Assembly (NCBI GenBank): GCA_964016885.1
Contig: OZ024759.1
Coordinates: 12,338,001 to 12,402,000, forward strand
DNA: 64,000 nucleotides
DNA from: Eledone cirrhosa
Taxonomy: Eukaryota
Direction: 5' to 3'
How positions within the stretch are numbered: position 1 is the first letter of the stretch; every line of letters begins with the position of its first letter. Of the stretch, positions 25,201-40,200 are shown one piece after another. The notes beneath the pieces are model-generated. The model ran no database searches, was not told the DNA's origin, and worked only from the letters and a program-made list of their open reading frames with translations. The translations under genes and the position numbers were made by a program.

Positions 25201-28200
25201 AAAATAATTGTTTCTACGTTTGGCACAAGGCCATCAATTACCCAGTGCATTACTGGTACTTTATTTTATCGACCCCGTAAGGATGAAAGGGAAGGTTAAC
25301 ATTGGCGGGCTTTGAACTCAGAATGGCAAGGGCCGTAACTCTATACGTCAAAGCATGGCGCCCAACCCTCTGCCGATACTGCCAATCCACCACCCTATAG
25401 TATATATAAAATAATGTGATTGCTAAAGGGTTAAACTATATGTGGACATGCTCCAGGAGCTAAATAACCTATCTATCAAATTTGAATGAAATCAGATGGA
25501 AACTGTGGAAATGCATCGCCTGCATACAGATAGAGAGACATTTTTGTTTTTATATATATAGATTATTACAAGTGATTCATGTTGTTACAGCTCTCACCTA
25601 CAAGGTCGTATCTCATAGGAGTTTTGTTGTTTTAATGAAAGGGACCTCAGTCCTACCATGTAGTTGTTACAGCTCTCACCTACAAGGTCGTATCTCATAG
25701 GAGTTTTGTTGTTTTAATGAAAGGGACCTCAGTCCTAACATGTAGTTGTTACAGCTCTCACCTACAAGGTCGTATCTCATAGGAGTTTTGTTGTTTTAAT
25801 GAAAGGGACCTCAGTCCTACCATGTAGTTGTTACAGCTCTCACCTACAAGGTTGTATCTAATAGGAGTTTTGTTGTTTTAATGAAAGGGACCTCAGTCCT
25901 ACCATGTAGTTGTTACAGCTCTCACCTACAAGGTTGTATCTCATAGGAGTTTTGTTGTTTTAATGAAAGGGACCTCAGTCCTACCATGTAGTTGTTACAG
26001 CTCTCACCTACAAGGTTGTATCTCATAGGAGTTTTGTTGTTTTAATGAAAGGGACCTCAGTCCTAACATGTAGTTGTTACAGCTCTCACCTACAAGGTTG
26101 TATCTCATAGGAGTTTTGTTGTTTTAATGAAAGGGACCTCAGTCCTACCATGTAGTTGTTACAGCTCTCACCTACAAGGTTGTATCTCATAGGAGTTTTG
26201 TTGTTTTAATGAAAGGGACCTCAGTCCTAACATGTAGTTGTTACAGCTCTCACCTACAAGGTTGTATCTCATAGGAGTTTTGTTGTTTTAATGAAAGGGA
26301 CCTCAGTCCTAACATGTAGTTGTTACAGCTCTCACCTACAAGGTTGTATCTCATAGGAGTTTTGTTGTTTTAATGAAAGGGACCTCAGTCCTAACATGTA
26401 GTTATTACAGCTCTCACCTACAAGGTTGTATCTCATAGGAGTTTTGTTGTTTTAATGAAAGGGACCTCAGTCCTAACATGTAGTTGTTACAGCTCTCACC
26501 TACAAGGTTGTATCTCATAGGAGTTTTGTTGTTTTAATGAAAGGGACCTCAGTCCTAACATGTAGTTGTTACAGCTCTCACCTACAAGGTTGTATCTCAT
26601 AGGAGTTTTGTTGTTTTAATGAAAGGGACCTCAGTCCTACCTTGAAGTTGTTACAGCTCTCACCTACAAGGTTGTATCTCATAGGAGTTTTGTTGTTTTA
26701 ATGAAAGGGACCTCAGTCCTAACATGTAGTTGTTACAGCTCTCACCTACAAGGTTGTATCTCATAGGAGTTTTGTTGTTTTAATGAAAGGGACCTCAGTC
26801 CTACCATGTAGTTGTTACAGCTCTCACCTACAAGGTTGTATCTCATAGGAGTTTTGTTGTTTTAATGAAAGGGACCTCAGTCCTACCTTGTAGTTGTTAC
26901 AGCTCTCACCTACAAGGTCGTATCTCATAGGAGTTTTGTTGTTTTAATGAAAGGGACCTCAGTCCTAACATGTAGTTGTTACAGCTCTCACCTACAAGGT
27001 TGTATCTCATAGGAGTTTTGTTGTTTTAATGAAAGGGACCTCAGTCCTAACATGTAGTTGTTACAGCTCTCACCTACAAGGTCGTATCTCATAGGAGTTT
27101 TGTTGTTTTAATGAAAGGGACCTCAGTCCTAACATGTAGTTGTTACAGCTCTCACCTACAAGGTCGTATCTCATAGGAGTTTTGTTGTTTTAATGAAAGG
27201 GACCTCAGTCCTAACATGTAGTTGTTACAGCTCTCACCTACAAGGTTGTATCTCATAGGAGTTTTGTTGTTTTAATGAAAGGGACCTCAGTCCTAACATG
27301 TAGTTGTTACAGCTCTCACCTACAAGGTTGTATCTCATAGGAGTTTTGTTGTTTTAATGAAAGGGACCTCAGTCCTAACATGTAGTTGTTACAGCTCTCA
27401 CCTACAAGGTCGTATCTCATAGGAGTTTTGTTGTTTTAATGAAAGGGACCTCAGTCCTAACATGTAGTTGTTACAGCTCTCACCTACAAGGTCGTATCTC
27501 ATAGGAGTTTTGTTGTTTTAATGAAAGGGACCTCAGTCCTAACATGTAGTTGTTACAGCTCTCACCTACAAGGTTGTATCTCATAGGAGTTTTGTTGTTT
27601 TAATGAAAGGGACCTCAGTCCTAACATGTAGTTGTTACAGCTCTCACCTACAAGGTCGTATCTCATAGGAGTTTTGTTGTTTTAATGAAAGGGACCTCAG
27701 TCCTAACATGTAGTTGTTACAGCTCTCACCTACAAGGTTGTATCTCATAGGAGTTTTGTTGTTTTAATGAACAGGACCTCAGTCCTAACATGTAGTTGTT
27801 ACAGCTCTCACCTACAAGGTTGTATCTCATAGGAGTTTTGTTGTTTTAATGAAAGGGACCTCAGTCCTAACATGTAGTTGTTACAGCTCTCACCTACAAG
27901 GTTGTATCTCATAGGAGTTTTGTTGTTTTAATGAAAGGGACCTCAGTCCTAACATGTAGTTGTTACAGCTCTCACCTACAAGGTCGTATCTCATAGGAGT
28001 TTTGTTGTTTTAATGAAAGGGACCTCAGTCCTAACATGTAGTTGTTACAGCTCTCACCTACAAGGTTGTATCTCATAGGAGTTTTGTTGTTTTAATGAAA
28101 GGGACCTCAGTCCTAACATGTAGTTGTTACAGCTCTCACCTACAAGGTCGTATCTCATAGGAGTTTTGTTGTTTTAATGAAAGGGACCTCAGTCCTAACA

Positions 28201-31200
28201 TGTAGTTGTTACAGCTCTCACCTACAAGGTTGTATCTCATAGGAGTTTTGTTGTTTTAATGAACAGGACCTCAGTCCTAACATGTAGTTGTTACAGCTCT
28301 CACCTACAAGGTTGTATCTCATAGGAGTTTTGTTGTTTTAATGAAAGGGACCTCAGTCCTAACATGTAGTTGTTACAGCTCTCACCTACAAGGTTGTATC
28401 TCATAGGAGTTTTGTTGTTTTAATGAAAAGGACCTCAGTCCTAACATGTAGTTGTTACAGCTCTCACCTACAAGGTTGTATGTCATAGGAGTTTTGTTGT
28501 TTTAATGAAAAGGACCTCAGTCCTAACATGTAGTTGTTACAGCTCTCACCTACAAGGTTGTATCTCATAGGAGTTTTGTTGTTTTAATGAAAGGGACCTC
28601 AGTCCTAACATGTAGTTGTTACAGCTCTCACCTACAAGGTCGTATCTCATAGGAGTTTTGTTGTTTTAATGAAAGGGACCTCAGTCCTAACATGTAGTTG
28701 TTACAGCTCTCACCTACAAGGTTGTATCTCATAGGAGTTTTGTTGTTTTAATGAAAGGGACCTCAGTCCTAACATGTAGTTGTTACAGCTCTCACCTACA
28801 AGGTCGTATCTCATAGGAGTTTTGTTGTTTTAATGAAAGGGACCTCAGTCCTAACATGTAGTTGTTACAGCTCTCACCTACAAGGTTGTATCTCATAGGA
28901 GTTTTGTTGTTTTAATGAAAGGGACCTCAGTCCTAACATGTAGTTGTTACAGCTCTCACCTACAAGGTTGTATCTCATAGGAGTTTTGTTGTTTTAATGA
29001 AAGGGACCTCAGTCCTACCTTGTAGTTGTTACAGCTCTCACCTACAAGGTTGTATCTCATAGGAGTTTTGTTGTTTTAATGAAAGGGACCTCAGTCCTAA
29101 CATGTAGTTGTTACAGCTCTCACCTACAAGGTTGTATCTCATAGGAGTTTTGTTGTTTTAATGAAAGGGACCTCAGTCCTAACATGTAGTTGTTACAGCT
29201 CTCACCTACAAGGTCGTATCTCATAGGAGTTTTGTTGTTTTAATGAAAGGGACTTCAGTCCTAACATGTAGTTGTTACAGCTCTCACCTACAAGGTCGTA
29301 TCTCATAGGAGTTTTGTTGTTTTAATGAAAGGGACCTCAGTCCTACCTTGTAGTTGTTACAGCTCTCACCTACAAGGTTGTATCTCATAGGAGTTTTGTT
29401 GTTTTAATGAAAGGGACCTCAGTCCTAACATGTAGTTGTTACAGCTCTCACCTACAAGGTTGTATCTCATAGGAGTTTTGTTGTTTTAATGAAAGGGACC
29501 TCAGTCCTAACATGTAGTTGTTACAGCTCTCACCTACAAGGTTGTATCTCATAGGAGTTTTGTTGTTTTAATGAAAGGGACCTCAGTCCTAACATGTAGT
29601 TGTTACAGCTCTCACCTACAAGGTTGTATCTCATAGGAGTTTTGTTGTTTTAATGAAAGGGACCTCAGTCCTAACATGTAGTTGTTACAGCTCTCACCTA
29701 CAAGGTTGTATCTCATAGGAGTTTTGTTGTTTTAATGAAAGGGACCTCAGTCCTACCTTGTAGTTGTTACAGCTCTCACCTACAAGGTTGTATCTCATAG
29801 GAGTTTTGTTGTTTTAATGAAAGGGACCTCAGTCCTAACATGTAGTTGTTACAGCTCTCACCTACAAGGTTGTATCTCATAGGAGTTTTGTTGTTTTAAT
29901 GAAAGGGACCTCAGTCCTAACATGTAGTTGTTACAGCTCTCACCTACAAGGTCGTATCTCATAGGAGTTTTGTTGTTTTAATGAAAGGGACCTCAGTCCT
30001 AACATGTAGTTGTTACAGCTCTCACCTACAAGGTTGTATCTCATAGGAGTTTTGTTGTTTTAATGAAAGGGACCTCAGTCCTATCTTGAAGTTGTTACAG
30101 CTCACACCTACAAGGTCGTATCTCATAGGAGTTTTGTTGTTTTAATGAAAGGGACCTCAGTCCTATCTTGAAGTTGTTACAGCTCTCACCTACAAGGTCG
30201 TATCTCATAGGAGTTTTGTTGTTTTAATGAAAGGGACCTCAGTCCTATCTTGAAGTTGTTACAGCTCTCACCTACAAGGTCGTATCTCATAGGAGTTTTG
30301 TTGTTTTAATGAAAGGGACCTCAGTCCTATCTTGAAGTTGTTACAGCTCTCACCTACAAGGTCGTATCTCATAGGAGTTTTGTTGTTTTAATGAAAGGGA
30401 CCTCAGTCCTATCTTGAAGTTGTTACAGCTCTCACCTACAAGGTCGTATCTCATAGGAGTTTTGTTGTTTTAATGAAAGGGACCTCAGTCCTAACATGTA
30501 GTTGTTACAGCTCTCACCTACAAGGTCGTATCTCATAGGAGTTTTGTTGTTTTAATGAAAGGGACCTCAGTCCTACCTTGTAGTTGTTACAGCTCTCACC
30601 TACAAGGTTGTATCTCATAGGAGTTTTGTTGTTTTAATGAAAGAGACCTCAGTCCTAACATGTAGTTGTTACAGCTCTCACCTACAAGGTCGTATCTCAT
30701 AGGAGTTTTGTTGTTTTAATGAAAGGGACCTCAGTCCTACCTTGTAGTTGTTACAGCTCTCACCTACAAGGTTGTATCTCATAGGAGTTTTGTTGTTTTA
30801 ATGAAAGAGACCTCAGTCCTAACATGTAGTTGTTACAGCTCTCACCTACAAGGTCGTATCTCATAGGAGTTTTGTTGTTTTAATGAAAGGGACCTCAGTC
30901 CTAACATGTAGTTGTTACAGCTCTCACCTACAAGGTTGTATCTCATAGGAGTTTTGTTGTTTTAATGAAAGGGACCTCAGTCCTAACATGTAGTTGTTAC
31001 AGCTCTCACCTACAAGGTTGTATCTCATAGGAGTTTTGTTGTTTTAATGAAAGGGACCTCAGTCCTAACATGTAGTTGTTACAGCTCTCACCTACAAGGT
31101 CGTATCTCATAGGAGTTTTGTTGTTTTAATGAAAGGGACCTCAGTCCTAACATGTAGTTGTTACAGCTCTCACCTACAAGGTTGTATCTCATAGGAGTTT

Positions 31201-34200
31201 TGTTGTTTTAATGAAAGGGACCTCAGTCCTATCTTGAAGTTGTTACAGCTCACACCTACAAGGTCGTATCTCATAGGAGTTTTGTTGTTTTAATGAAAGG
31301 GACCTCAGTCCTATCTTGAAGTTGTTACAGCTCTCACCTACAAGGTCGTATCTCATAGGAGTTTTGTTGTTTTAATGAAAGGGACCTCAGTCCTATCTTG
31401 AAGTTGTTACAGCTCTCACCTACAAGGTCGTATCTCATAGGAGTTTTGTTGTTTTAATGAAAGGGACCTCAGTCCTATCTTGAAGTTGTTACAGCTCTCA
31501 CCTACAAGGTCGTATCTCATAGGAGTTTTGTTGTTTTAATGAAAGGGACCTCAGTCCTATCTTGAAGTTGTTACAGCTCTCACCTACAAGGTCGTATCTC
31601 ATAGGAGTTTTGTTGTTTTAATGAAAGGGACCTCAGTCCTAACATGTAGTTGTTACAGCTCTCACCTACAAGGTCGTATCTCATAGGAGTTTTGTTGTTT
31701 TAATGAAAGGGACCTCAGTCCTACCTTGTAGTTGTTACAGCTCTCACCTACAAGGTTGTATCTCATAGGAGTTTTGTTGTTTTAATGAAAGAGACCTCAG
31801 TCCTAACATGTAGTTGTTACAGCTCTCACCTACAAGGTCGTATCTCATAGGAGTTTTGTTGTTTTAATGAAAGGGACCTCAGTCCTAACATGTAGTTGTT
31901 ACAGCTCTCACCTACAAGGTTGTATCTCATAGGAGTTTTGTTGTTTTAATGAAAGGGACCTCAGTCCTAACATGTAGTTGTTACAGCTCTCACCTACAAG
32001 GTTGTATCTCATAGGAGTTTTGTTGTTTTAATGAAAGGGACCTCAGTCCTAACATGTAGTTGTTACAGCTCTCACCTACAAGGTCGTATCTCATAGGAGT
32101 TTTGTTGTTTTAATGAAAGGGACCTCAGTCCTACCTTGTAGTTGTTACAGCTCTCACCTACAAGGTTGTATCTCATAGGAGTTTTGTTGTTTTAATGAAA
32201 GAGACCTCAGTCCTAACATGTAGTTGTTACAGCTCTCACCTACAAGGTCGTATCTCATAGGAGTTTTGTTGTTTTAATGAAAGGGACCTCAGTCCTAACA
32301 TGTAGTTGTTACAGCTCTCACCTACAAGGTTGTATCTCATAGGAGTTTTGTTGTTTTAATGAAAGGGACCTCAGTCCTACCTTGAAGTTGTTACAGCTCT
32401 CACCTACAAGGTTGTATCTCATAGGAGTTTTGTTGTTTTAATGAAAGGGACCTCAGTCCTACCTTGTAGTTGTTACAGCTCTCACCTACAAGGTTGTATC
32501 TCATAGGAGTTTTGTTGTTTTAATGAAAAGGACCTCAGTCCTATCTTGAAGTTGTTACAGCTCTCACCTACAAGGTTGTATTTCATAGGAGTTTTGTTGT
32601 TTTAATGAAAGGGACCTCAGTCCTAACATGTAGTTGTTACAGCTCTCACCTACAAGGTCGTATCTCATAGGAGTTTTGTTGTTTTAATGAAAGGGACCTC
32701 AGTCCTACCTTGTAGTTGTTACAGCTCTCACCTACAAGGTTGTATCTCATAGGAGTTTTGTTGTTTTAATGAAAGGGACCTCAGTCCTAACATGTAGTTG
32801 TTACAGCTCTCACCTACAAGGTTGTATCTCATAGGAGTTTTGTTGTTTTAATGAAAGGGACCTCAGTCCTAACATGTAGTTGTTACAGCTCTCACCTACA
32901 AGGTCGTATCTCATAGGAGTTTTGTTGTTTTAATGAAAGGGACCTCAGTCCTACCTTGTAGTTGTTACAGCTCTCACCTACAAGGTTGTATCTCATAGGA
33001 GTTTTGTTGTTTTAATGAAAGGGACCTCAGTCCTACCTTGTAGTTGTTACAGCTCTCACCTACAAGGTCGTATCTCATAGGAGTTTTGTTGTTTTAATGA
33101 AAGGGACCTCAGTCCTACCTTGTAGTTGTTACAGCTCTCACCTACAAGGTCGTATCTCATAGGAGTTTTGTTGTTTTAATGAAAGGGACCTCAGTCCTAC
33201 CTTGTAGTTGTTACAGCTCTCACCTACAAGGTTGTATCTCATAGGAGTTTTGTTGTTTTAATGAAAGGGACCTCAGTCCTACCTTGTAGTTGTTACAGCT
33301 CTCACCTACAAGGTCGTATCTCATAGGAGTTTTGTTGTTTTAATGAAAGGGACCTCAGTCCTAACATGTAGTTGTTACAGCTCACACCTACAAGGTTGTA
33401 TCTCATAGGAGTTTTGTTGTTTTAATGAAAGGGACCTCAGTCCTAACATGTAGTTGTTACAGCTCTCACCTACAAGGTTGTATCTCATAGGAGTTTTGTT
33501 GTTTTAATGAAAGGGACCTCAGTCCTAACATGTAGTTGTTACAGCTCTCACCTACAAGGTTGTATCTCATAGGAGTTTTGTTGTTTTAATGAAAGGGACC
33601 TCAGTCCTAACATGTAGTTGTTACAGCTCTCACCTACAAGGTCGTATCTCATAGGAGTTTTGTTGTTTTAATGAAAGGGACCTCAGTCCTAACATGTAGT
33701 TGTTACAGCTCACACCTACAAGGTCGTATCTCACCTTCAAGGTTGTATCTCATAGGAGTTTTTTTTTTGTAGTTGTTTTAATGATGGGGGTCCCTGTCTT
33801 ATGTTCTTACAGCTCTCACCTATGAAGGTTTAGCTGGCCTCTCACAAGGTTGTATGTCATGAGTTTTCTTGGGTGTTTTAATGATAGGGTGCTCAGCCCT
33901 ATCACAAAAAGCAACCTGAAATGAAAGGCTTAATGACATGTTTTTCAGAAAAACATAAAGATCTACCTGCTCCAGGAATAGAACCCTCAATTATATGATT
34001 GTAATTCTAACATCCGAATCACATTAATTAACAAGTAAATCATTTGTTGTTTAGAATCTTACCTGATCCGTAAAACATGTCATGTTAGAGACAAAAGGTT
34101 TAGGGTATGTAGCAAACACCCCTGCTGTAGCGTTTGGTCCTGTCACCAGTTGCGTTCCATTAGCCATGTTATTGATGCCATCTAAATTAAACAGAAGATC

Positions 34201-37200
34201 AACAGTCTAAGGTTACTGTGCACAGCAACAGTCTAAGGTTACTGTGCACAGCAACAGTCTAAAGTTACTGTGCACAGCAACAGTTTAAAGTTACTGTGCA
34301 CAGCAACAGTGTAAAGTTACTGTGCACAGCAACAGTCTAAAGTTACTGTGCACAGCAACAGTCTAAAGTTACTGTGCACAGCAACAGTCTAAGGTTACTG
34401 TGTACAGCAACAGTCTAAAGTTACTGTGTACAGCAACAGTCTAAGGTTACTGTGCACAGCAACAGTCTAAAGTTACTGTGCACAGCAACAGTCTAAAGTT
34501 ATTGTGCACAGCAACAGTCTAAAGTTACTGTGCACAGCAACAGTGTAAAGTTACTGTGCACAGCAACAGTGTAAAGTTACTGTGCACAGCAACAGTCTAA
34601 AGTTACTGTGCACAGCAACAGTTTAAAGTTACTGTGCACAGCAACAGTGTAAAGTTACTGTGCACAGCAACAGTCTAAAGTTACTGTGCACAGCAACAGC
34701 CTAAAGTTACTGTGCACAGCAACAGTCTAAGGTTACTGTGCACAGCAACAGTCTAAGGTTACTGTGCACAGCAACAGTCTAAAGTTACTGTGCACAGCAA
34801 CAGTCTAAAGTTACTGTGCACAGCAACAGTTTAAAGTTACTGTGCACAGCAACAGTCTAAAGTTACTGTGCACAGCAACAGTCTAAAGTTACTGTGCACA
34901 GCAACAGTCTAAAGTTACTGTGCACAGCAACAGTCTAAGGTTACTGTGTACAGCAACAGTCTAAAGTTACTGTGTACAGCAACAGTCTAAGGTTACTGTG
35001 CACAGCAACAGTCTAAAGTTACTGTGCACAGCAACAGTCTAAAGTTATTGTGCACAGCAACAGTCTAAAGTTACTGTGCACAGCAACAGTCTAAAGTTAC
35101 TGTGCACAGCAACAGTGTAAAGTTACTGTGCACAGCAACAGTCTAAAGTTACTGTGCACAGCAACAGTGTAAAGTTACTGTGCACAGCAACAGTCTAAAG
35201 TTACTGTGCACAGCAACAGTCTAAAGTTACTGTGCACAGCAACAGTCTAAAGTTACTGTGCACAGCAACAGTGTAAAGTTACTGTGCACAGCAACAGTCT
35301 AAAGTTACTGTGCACAGCAACAGTCTAAAGTTACTGTGCACAGCAACAGTCTAAAGTTACTATGCACAGCAACAGTGTAAAGTTACTGTGCACAGCAACA
35401 GTCTAAAGTTACTGTGCACAGCAACAGTTTAAAGTTACTGTGCACAGCAACAGTGTAAAGTTACTGTGCACAGCAACAGTCTAAAGTTACTGTGCACAGC
35501 AACAGTCTAAAGTTACCGTGCACAGCAACAGTCTAAGGTTACTGTGCACAGCAACAGTCTAAGGTTACTGTGCACAGCAACAGTCTAAAGTTACTGTGCA
35601 CAGCAACAGTCTAAAGTTACTGTGCACAGCAACAGTCTAAAGTTACTGTGCACAGCAACAGTCTAAAGTTACTGTGCACAGCAACAGTCTAAGGTTACTG
35701 TGTACAGCAACAGTCTAAAGTTACTGTGTACAGCAACAGTCTAAGGTTACTGTGCACAGCAACAGTCTAAAGTTACTGTGCACAGCAACAGTCTAAAGTT
35801 ATTGTGCACAGCAACAGTCTAAAGTTACTGTGCACAGCAACAGTCTAAAGTTACTGTGCACAGCAACAGTGTAAAGTTACTGTGCACAGCAACAGTCTAA
35901 AGTTACTGTGCACAGCAACAGTCTAAAGTTACTGTGTACAGCAACAGTCTAAAGTTATTGTGCACAGCAACAGTCTAAAGTTACTGTGCACAGCAACAGT
36001 CTAAAGTTATTGTGCACAGCAACAGTCTAAAGTTACTGTGCACAGCAACAGTCTAAAGTTACTGTGCACAGCAACAGTCTAAAGTTATTGTGCACAGCAA
36101 CAGTCTAAAGTTACTGTGTACAGCAACAGTCTAAAGTTACTGTGTACAGCAACAGTCTAAAGTTACTGTGCACAGCAACAGTCTAAAGTTACTGTGCACA
36201 GCAACAGTCTAAAGTTACTGTGTACAGCAACAGTCTAAAGTTACTGTGTACAGCAACAGTCTAAAGTTACTGTGCACAGCAACAGTCTAAAGTTATTGTG
36301 CACAGCAACAGTCTAAAGTTACTGTGCACAGCAACAGTCTAAAGTTACTGTGCACAGCAACAGTCTAAAGTTACTGTGTACAGCAACAGTCTAAGGTTAC
36401 TGTGCACAGCAACAGTCTAAAGTTACTGTGCACAGCAACAGTCTAAAGTTACTGTGTACAGCAACAGTCTAAAGTTACTGTGTACAGCAACAGTCTAAGG
36501 TTACTGTGCACAGCAACAGTCTAAAGTTACTGTGCACAGCAACAGTCTAAAGTTACTGTGCACAGCAACAGTCTAAAGTTACTGTGCACAGCAACAGTCT
36601 AAAGTTACTGTGTACAGCAACAGTCTAAGGTTACTGTGCACAGCAACAGTCTAAAGTTACTGTGTACAGCAACAGTTTAAAGTTACTGTGCACAGCAACA
36701 GTCTAAAGTTACTGTGCACAGCAACAGTCTAAAGTTACTGTGTACAGCAACAGTCTAAAGTTACTGTGTACAGCAACAGTCTAAAGTTACTGTGTACAGC
36801 AACAGTCTAAAGTTACTGTGTACAGCAACAGTCTAAAGTTACTGTGTACAGCAACAGTCTAAGGTTACTGTGCACAGCAACAGTCTAAAGTTACTGTGTG
36901 CAGCAACAGTCTAAGGTTACTGTGCACAGCAACAGTCTAAAGTTACTGTGCACAGCAACAGTCTAAAGTTACTGTGCACAGCAACAGTCTAAAGTTACTG
37001 TGTACAGCAACAGTCTAAGGTTACTGTGCACAGCAACAGTCTAAAGTTACTGTGTACAGCAACAGTTTAAAGTTACTGTGTACAGCAACAGTCTAAAGTT
37101 TCTGTGCACAGCAACAGTCTAAAGTTACTGTGCACAGCAACAGTCTAAAGTTACTGTGTACAGCAACAGTCTAAAGTTACTGTGTACAGCAACAGTCTAA

Positions 37201-40200
37201 AGTTACTGTGTACAGCAACAGTCTAAAGTTACTGTGTACAGCAACAGTCTAAAGTTACTGTGTACAGCAACAGTCTAAAGTTACTGTGCACAGCAACAGT
37301 CTAAAGTTACTGTGTACAGCAACAGTCTAAAGTTACTGTGCACAGCAACAGTCTAAGGTTACTGTGTACAGCAACAGTCTAAAGTTACTGTGTACAGCAA
37401 CAGTCTAAGGTTACTGTGCACAGCAACAGTCTAAAGTTACTGTGTACAGCAACAGTCTAAAGTTACTGTGCACAGCAACAGTCTAAAGTTACTGTGTACA
37501 GCAACAGTCTAAAGTTACTGTGTACAGCAACAGTCTAAAGTTACTGTGTACAGCAACAGTCTAAAGTTACTGTGCACAGCAACACAAACATTACAACCAT
37601 TAACACTTAAGCATTTAAACTGGCCATATTTGGCCAGAATTCTCTCAATTATTGTGGTTCAAACCGGCTGTAACTGGCCACTCATACTGATGTTAAGGTA
37701 TTATTCTCAAAATAAATAATATCAAAATCTCATAGATCCAATATTATGTGACATAAAGCCTTTACTGTGAAAATATAATAGTACATATAGAGTAATGTAA
37801 ATGGTAAAGGATGAACCTGTTCAAAACCAAACTGCCTGATAATGTTTCTTTTAAACTGTTTGTTATTATGTAAGAACTTTTGTTGAGTTATGTTCCAAAT
37901 ACTATCTTAATAATGTTTTTTGATTTAGTTGCAAGGTCAACAATTTTGGGAGGGAAGGGAAAGTTTATTAAATCGACTCAATGCATTACTGGAACTTTAT
38001 TTTATCGATCCCATACAGATTGACAGGATTTGAACTCAGAACATAAAGGGCCATAATTATATGCTGCAAAACATGTTGTTCGATGCTCTACCAATTCTGC
38101 CAATCCACCAGCTTAATATTGATAAAGTTAATTACATTAGTAAATTATCTCAAAATTCTTGATTATTTTTTAAATCTATTTTTAAATAATAGGCAGTGTC
38201 ATTTATTAAAAATATATATAGTAATGAAAGAATTAAAGTGTTTATATTTATCTAAAATACCTTCCATCATTTGTTAAGTGATGTTCCAATGAGAAAGTTA
38301 GTTATACTACTAATCATAGTGTCTTTCATAAGAAATATGTTAATAAAAGGGTTAATGACATAGACAGTGTCTTTCATAAAAAATATGTTAATAAACGGGT
38401 TAATGACATAGACAGTGTCTTTCATAAGAAATATGTTAATAAAAGGGTTAATGACATAGACAGTGTCTTTCATTGAAATATGGTAATGGAAGGGTTAATG
38501 ACATAGACAGTGTCTTTCATTAGAAATATGGTAATGAAAGGGTTAATGACATAGACAGTGTCTCTCATTAGAAATATGGTAATGAAAGGGTTAATGACAT
38601 AGACAGTGTCTTTCATTGAAATATGGTAATGAAAGGGTTAATGTCATAGACAGTGTCTTTCATTGAAATATGGTAATGGAAGGGTTAATGACATAGACAG
38701 TGTCTTTCATTAGAAATATGGTAATGAAAGGGTTAATGACATAGACAGTGTCTTTCATTAGAAATATGGTAATGGAAGGGTTAATGACATAGACAGTGTC
38801 TTTCATTAGAAATATGGTAATGGAAGGGTTAATGACATAGACAGTGTCTTTCATAAGAAATATGTTAATAAAAGGGTTAATGACATAGACAGTGTCTTTC
38901 ATTGAAATATGTTAATAAAAGGGTTAATGACATAGACAGTGTCTTTCATTGAAATATGGTAATGAAAGGGTTAATGTCATAGACAGTGTCTTTCATTGAA
39001 ATATGGGAATGAAAGGGTTAATGACATAGACAGTGTCTCTCATTAGAAATATGGTAATGGAAGGGTTAATGACATAGGTAGTGTCTTTTATTAGAAATAT
39101 GTTAATAAAAGGGTTAATGACATAGGTAGTGTCTTTCATTAGAAATATGGTAATGAAAGGGTTAATGTCATAGACAGTGTCTTTCATTGAAATATGGTAA
39201 TGAAAGGGTTAATGAAAGACAGTGTCTTTTATTAGAAATATGTTAATGAAAGGGTTAATGACATAGGTAGTGTCTTTCATTAGAAATATGGTAATGAAAG
39301 GGTTAATGTCATAGACAGTGTCTTTCATTGAAATATGGTAATGAAAGGGTTAATGAAAGACAGTGTCTTTTATTAGAAATATGGTAATGAAAGGGTTAAT
39401 GAAAGACAGTGTCTTTCATTAGAAATATGGTAATGAAAGGGTTAATGACATAGACAGTGTCTTTCATTAGAAATATGGTAATGAAAGGGTTAATGACATT
39501 AGCAGAAAAACCACCCTTCAGGTGGTTTACTGCTAACATGTGTAGTGTGTATATTGATATTATACGCAGGTATATATACATGTAGATATGATACATCAAA
39601 TAAAATCGTAATTGACAATATACACAGAAATTGAACGAAGACTATTACACTGTCTTATGTAATCAGTAACGTAATCCATGATACATTAAAAAAGACGATA
39701 TTATATAATAAACTGCATTAGGAGAAAATTAGTGACAGAAAATTAGTATGTTTATTTAAGTGATCGCCACCGGAAGTGTTGACATCACACACTCTCTCTT
39801 TCTATATATATGGTAGTTGAAGTGGTGGTGGTGGCAACAATATACCGGAAGTGCAACTTTGAAAAGAAGTCAATTTTAAATTATTTATTTTTACGAAATT
39901 AGTTTTGTTTACGAAATTTAGTAGATAAATTATCTAATATTCATTCATTATTTATTCAAAGAAATATTGTCAAAATTTATTCAAAGAATACTGTGGATTA
40001 GCAGTATCGGTAGAGGGTCGGACGCCATGCTTTCCAGCATAGTTACGTCCCTTTATGATCTGAGTTCAAATCCCGCCGAGGTTGACTTTGCCTTTCATCC
40101 TTACGGGGTCGATAAAATAAAGTACCAGTAATGCACTGGATAATTGCTGGCCTTGTGCCTAAAGTAGAAACAATTATTTATTCAAAGAAATCCAACTTAT

